Shown piece by piece: positions 61,932-64,000 of a stretch of DNA of 64,000 nt. The stretch is from positions 69,663 through 133,662 of the forward strand of contig DUOO01000003.1 in the NCBI GenBank assembly GCA_012838795.1, in the 5' to 3' direction. The notes under the pieces are model-generated. The model made no database searches and had not been told where the DNA came from. It saw only the letters and a program-made list of their open reading frames with translations. Within the stretch, counting starts at the first letter, position 1; each line of letters begins with the position of its first letter. This stretch comes from Clostridiaceae bacterium. Lineage in GTDB: Bacteria; Bacillota; Clostridia; Saccharofermentanales; DTU023. Made by a program: the position numbers and the translations under genes.

Positions 61932-63038
61932 ATGTTAATTGATGCAATGGGGATTATTCTTGCGGATAACGGTCGTGTAAAACTCGGAGAGTTAAACGAT
62001 GAACGTGCTTTGGCAGCAACTCCGTTTGGCGGAAGATATAGAATAATTGACTTCATGCTTTCCAGCATGGTCAATTCAGGTATTAAGCATATCGGTATTT
62101 TAGCCGAAACAAAATATAGCTCTCTGATGGATCATTTAGGGACCGGTTCACACTGGGATTTAGATCGCTTGCAACAAGGTTTGAGGATTATTCCGCCTTA
62201 TATGCAATCCGACTTTTTCCGTTCACCCAGCCCTCAAGATTTAAACGGCTTATATGATTTTTTGAAACATTCAGTTCAGATGCATGTTGTAGTTGCAGAA
62301 AGCAATATAATCAGCAACATCAATTTTACGGAATTTGTTAAAGAACATGAAGCCAGCGGAGCTGATGTTACCGTTATGTATAATCATGATGCTGATACCC
62401 TTGGCTCGCCAAATGTATCTTTGACTTTTGAGGATAATAAATTAGTTGATCTGCTGATTGATCCGTTAAATTTGACGAGTGATTGCTCATCGTTAGGTGC
62501 TGTCGTGTTAACCAGATCATTATTGATGGACATGTTGACCCAGGCAATTTCCAGAAGTGAGGTATTATTCAATACAGAATTTATTCTGGAAAAATATAAA
62601 GAATTAACGATTCGAGGCTTCGAGAATAATGATATGACGTTGAGAGTAAACTCTTTAGCTACTTATTTTTCCGCATCGATGCGTTTATTGGAAAGTAATA
62701 TTCTGCAAAAATTATTTAAAGCTGAAAACAGAATTTATACTAAAGTAAAAAATGAATCACCTGCTCGTTATCTTAAAGGAAATCATGTTTCAAACAGCTT
62801 GATTTCTGATGGTTGTGACATACTTGGCAATGTTGAGGACAGTGTAATTTTCCGTGGTGTTAAAGTTGGAAAACATAGCAAAATATCAAATTGTATCATT
62901 ATGCAGGATACAGTAATAAGAGACGGTGCAGAGCTCAAAAACGTGATTATTGATAAAGACTCTGTAATAAGATCCGGTGTCAGATTACAGGGTTCACCGG
63001 ATTATCCGGTAGTAATTAGAAAAGGAGTGATCGTGTGA
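61932..63038 (+). CDS. glgD: Glucose-1-phosphate adenylyltransferase, GlgD regulatory subunit
   Basis: 368-aa GlgC paralogue with a degenerate nucleotide loop (ILADNGRVKLGELN). Its position after glgC is typical of Bacillota. Confidence 0.88.
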   Translation: MLIDAMGIILADNGRVKLGELNDERALAATPFGGRYRIIDFMLSSMVNSGIKHIGILAETKYSSLMDHLGTGSHWDLDRLQQGLRIIPPYMQSDFFRSPSPQDLNGLYDFLKHSVQMHVVVAESNIISNINFTEFVKEHEASGADVTVMYNHDADTLGSPNVSLTFEDNKLVDLLIDPLNLTSDCSSLGAVVLTRSLLMDMLTQAISRSEVLFNTEFILEKYKELTIRGFENNDMTLRVNSLATYFSASMRLLESNILQKLFKAENRIYTKVKNESPARYLKGNHVSNSLISDGCDILGNVEDSVIFRGVKVGKHSKISNCIIMQDTVIRDGAELKNVIIDKDSVIRSGVRLQGSPDYPVVIRKGVIV

Positions 63039-64000
63039 AAATATTATTTGTTTCATCCGAAATGGTTCCTCTGGCTAAGTCAGGCGGATTGGGCGATGTA
63101 ATCGGTGCATTGCCGAAAGCTATTCGGGCACAAGGGCAAGATGCGAGAGTAATACTGCCTTTATACAAACAAATTAAAGATCGCTATGGTGATCAACTCA
63201 AGTTTATGCGTTGGTCAATGAACAAGCTTGGTTGGCGAACCATGTATAGCGGGCTGTTCACTATGGAAGTAGATGGTGTTCCGGTTTATTTCATTGATAA
63301 TGAATATTATTTCGGACATGAAGCTCTTTACTTGGATTATGCTTTTGACATTGAAAGATTCAGCTTTTTTCAACGAGCAGTACTCGAAGCTTTGGGTGAA
63401 CCGATGCAATTTGAACCTGACATTCTGCATTTGAATGACTGGCAGAGCGGAATGATTCCTGTTTTGTTGGAAGCACATTACAAAGCACATGGTTATCATA
63501 CCGGTGTCCAATGTATCTATACGATTCATAATTTGAAATTCCAAGGAATTCACGGGAGAGAAAGAATTCAGGATTTAATGGAATTACAAGATCGTTATAT
63601 GACTGATGATGGCGTGATGAAAGACGGTGTACCTAATTTCATGAAAGCAGGTATTTTATACAGTAATCGTGTTACTACCGTTTCACCGACCTATGCTCAG
63701 GAAATTAAACAAGACTACTATGGTGAAGGATTGAACAACTTGTTAAGTGCCCAATCATGGAAAGTAGTAGGAGTGTTGAATGGAATTGATGTTGACAGTT
63801 ATAATCCGGAAGCAGATGAATCTATTGTCAAAAACTATACTGTGCGTACATTCCAAGCCGGAAAGAAGGCTAATAAGCTTGCGTTACAGGAAGAAATCGG
63901 CTTGGAGCAAAGAGAAGACGTCCCGATGCTGGCGATGATTACTCGTTTGACTTCACAAAAAGGTTTAGATCTCTTGTTGCATATTGCGGACGAATTGATT
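63035..64000 (+). CDS. glgA: Glycogen synthase (5' partial; continues beyond the window)
   Basis: Absent from the ORF track because there is no stop in the window. GTG 63035 overlaps the glgD stop (GTGA). My translation reads VKILFVSSEMVPLAKSGGLGDV...HLNDWQSG...TVSPTYAQE and is open for all 322 codons to position 64000. Confidence 0.9.
   Translation, partial: MKILFVSSEMVPLAKSGGLGDVIGALPKAIRAQGQDARVILPLYKQIKDRYGDQLKFMRWSMNKLGWRTMYSGLFTMEVDGVPVYFIDNEYYFGHEALYLDYAFDIERFSFFQRAVLEALGEPMQFEPDILHLNDWQSGMIPVLLEAHYKAHGYHTGVQCIYTIHNLKFQGIHGRERIQDLMELQDRYMTDDGVMKDGVPNFMKAGILYSNRVTTVSPTYAQEIKQDYYGEGLNNLLSAQSWKVVGVLNGIDVDSYNPEADESIVKNYTVRTFQAGKKANKLALQEEIGLEQREDVPMLAMITRLTSQKGLDLLLHIADELI

Noticed and set aside
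63215-63553. 112-aa minus-strand ORF, the only track entry after 63038.
   Set aside because: The + strand frame from GTG 63035 is open to the window edge and encodes an unmistakable GlgA N-terminus. The minus-strand ORF is its shadow.

Overview
The window is a 64-kb stretch of a low-GC Gram-positive (Bacillota-type) chromosome. That placement rests on a T-box leader, glgD, a zinc-ribbon Clp ATPase and a class II Fba. I support 45 protein genes (one of them, glgA, partial at the window edge). All lie on the + strand and are tightly packed, several with overlapping stop and start codons. I saw no rRNA, tRNA, CRISPR array, IS element or integrase.

Gene blocks in order:
1. 171-6735: a TrmH-family methyltransferase, uvrA and a Clp/Hsp100 ATPase.
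2. 6782-18756: a long, apparently co-translated string. It runs DUF975 membrane protein, small NfeD-like protein, B12-type radical SAM, pgi, TIGR03960-like radical SAM, TIGR03936-like partner, a cytoplasmic SASA-type esterase, valS.
3. 18883-19818: fba with its own promoter and terminator.
4. 20048-31480: an insulated accessory catabolic locus. It holds a GntR/FCD regulator, three copies of a composite operator, an RbsBAC-like ABC importer, a transaldolase-family protein, a UlaG-like metallo-beta-lactamase, a BKACE/DUF849 enzyme, a MaoC hydratase, a KdgK-like kinase and gnd.
5. 31400-32434: about 1 kb without a supported gene, ending in a Leu-type T-box leader.
6. 32435-45185: a leuACDB / ABC-ATPase / ilvBNCDAE super-operon.
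7. 45197-58443: cdd, udp, a family-4 UDG, uvrB, a phosphoglucomutase, dnaE, pfkA and mutS2.
8. 58549-64000: glgB, glgC, glgD and glgA (cut off by the window edge).

The best candidate for something undescribed is the GntR-controlled locus. Its enzyme combination matches no canonical pathway I know. It also contains a 133-nt inverted-repeat-bounded structured element just upstream of the BKACE gene.

All functional calls rest on motifs read from the translations. No database search was possible.
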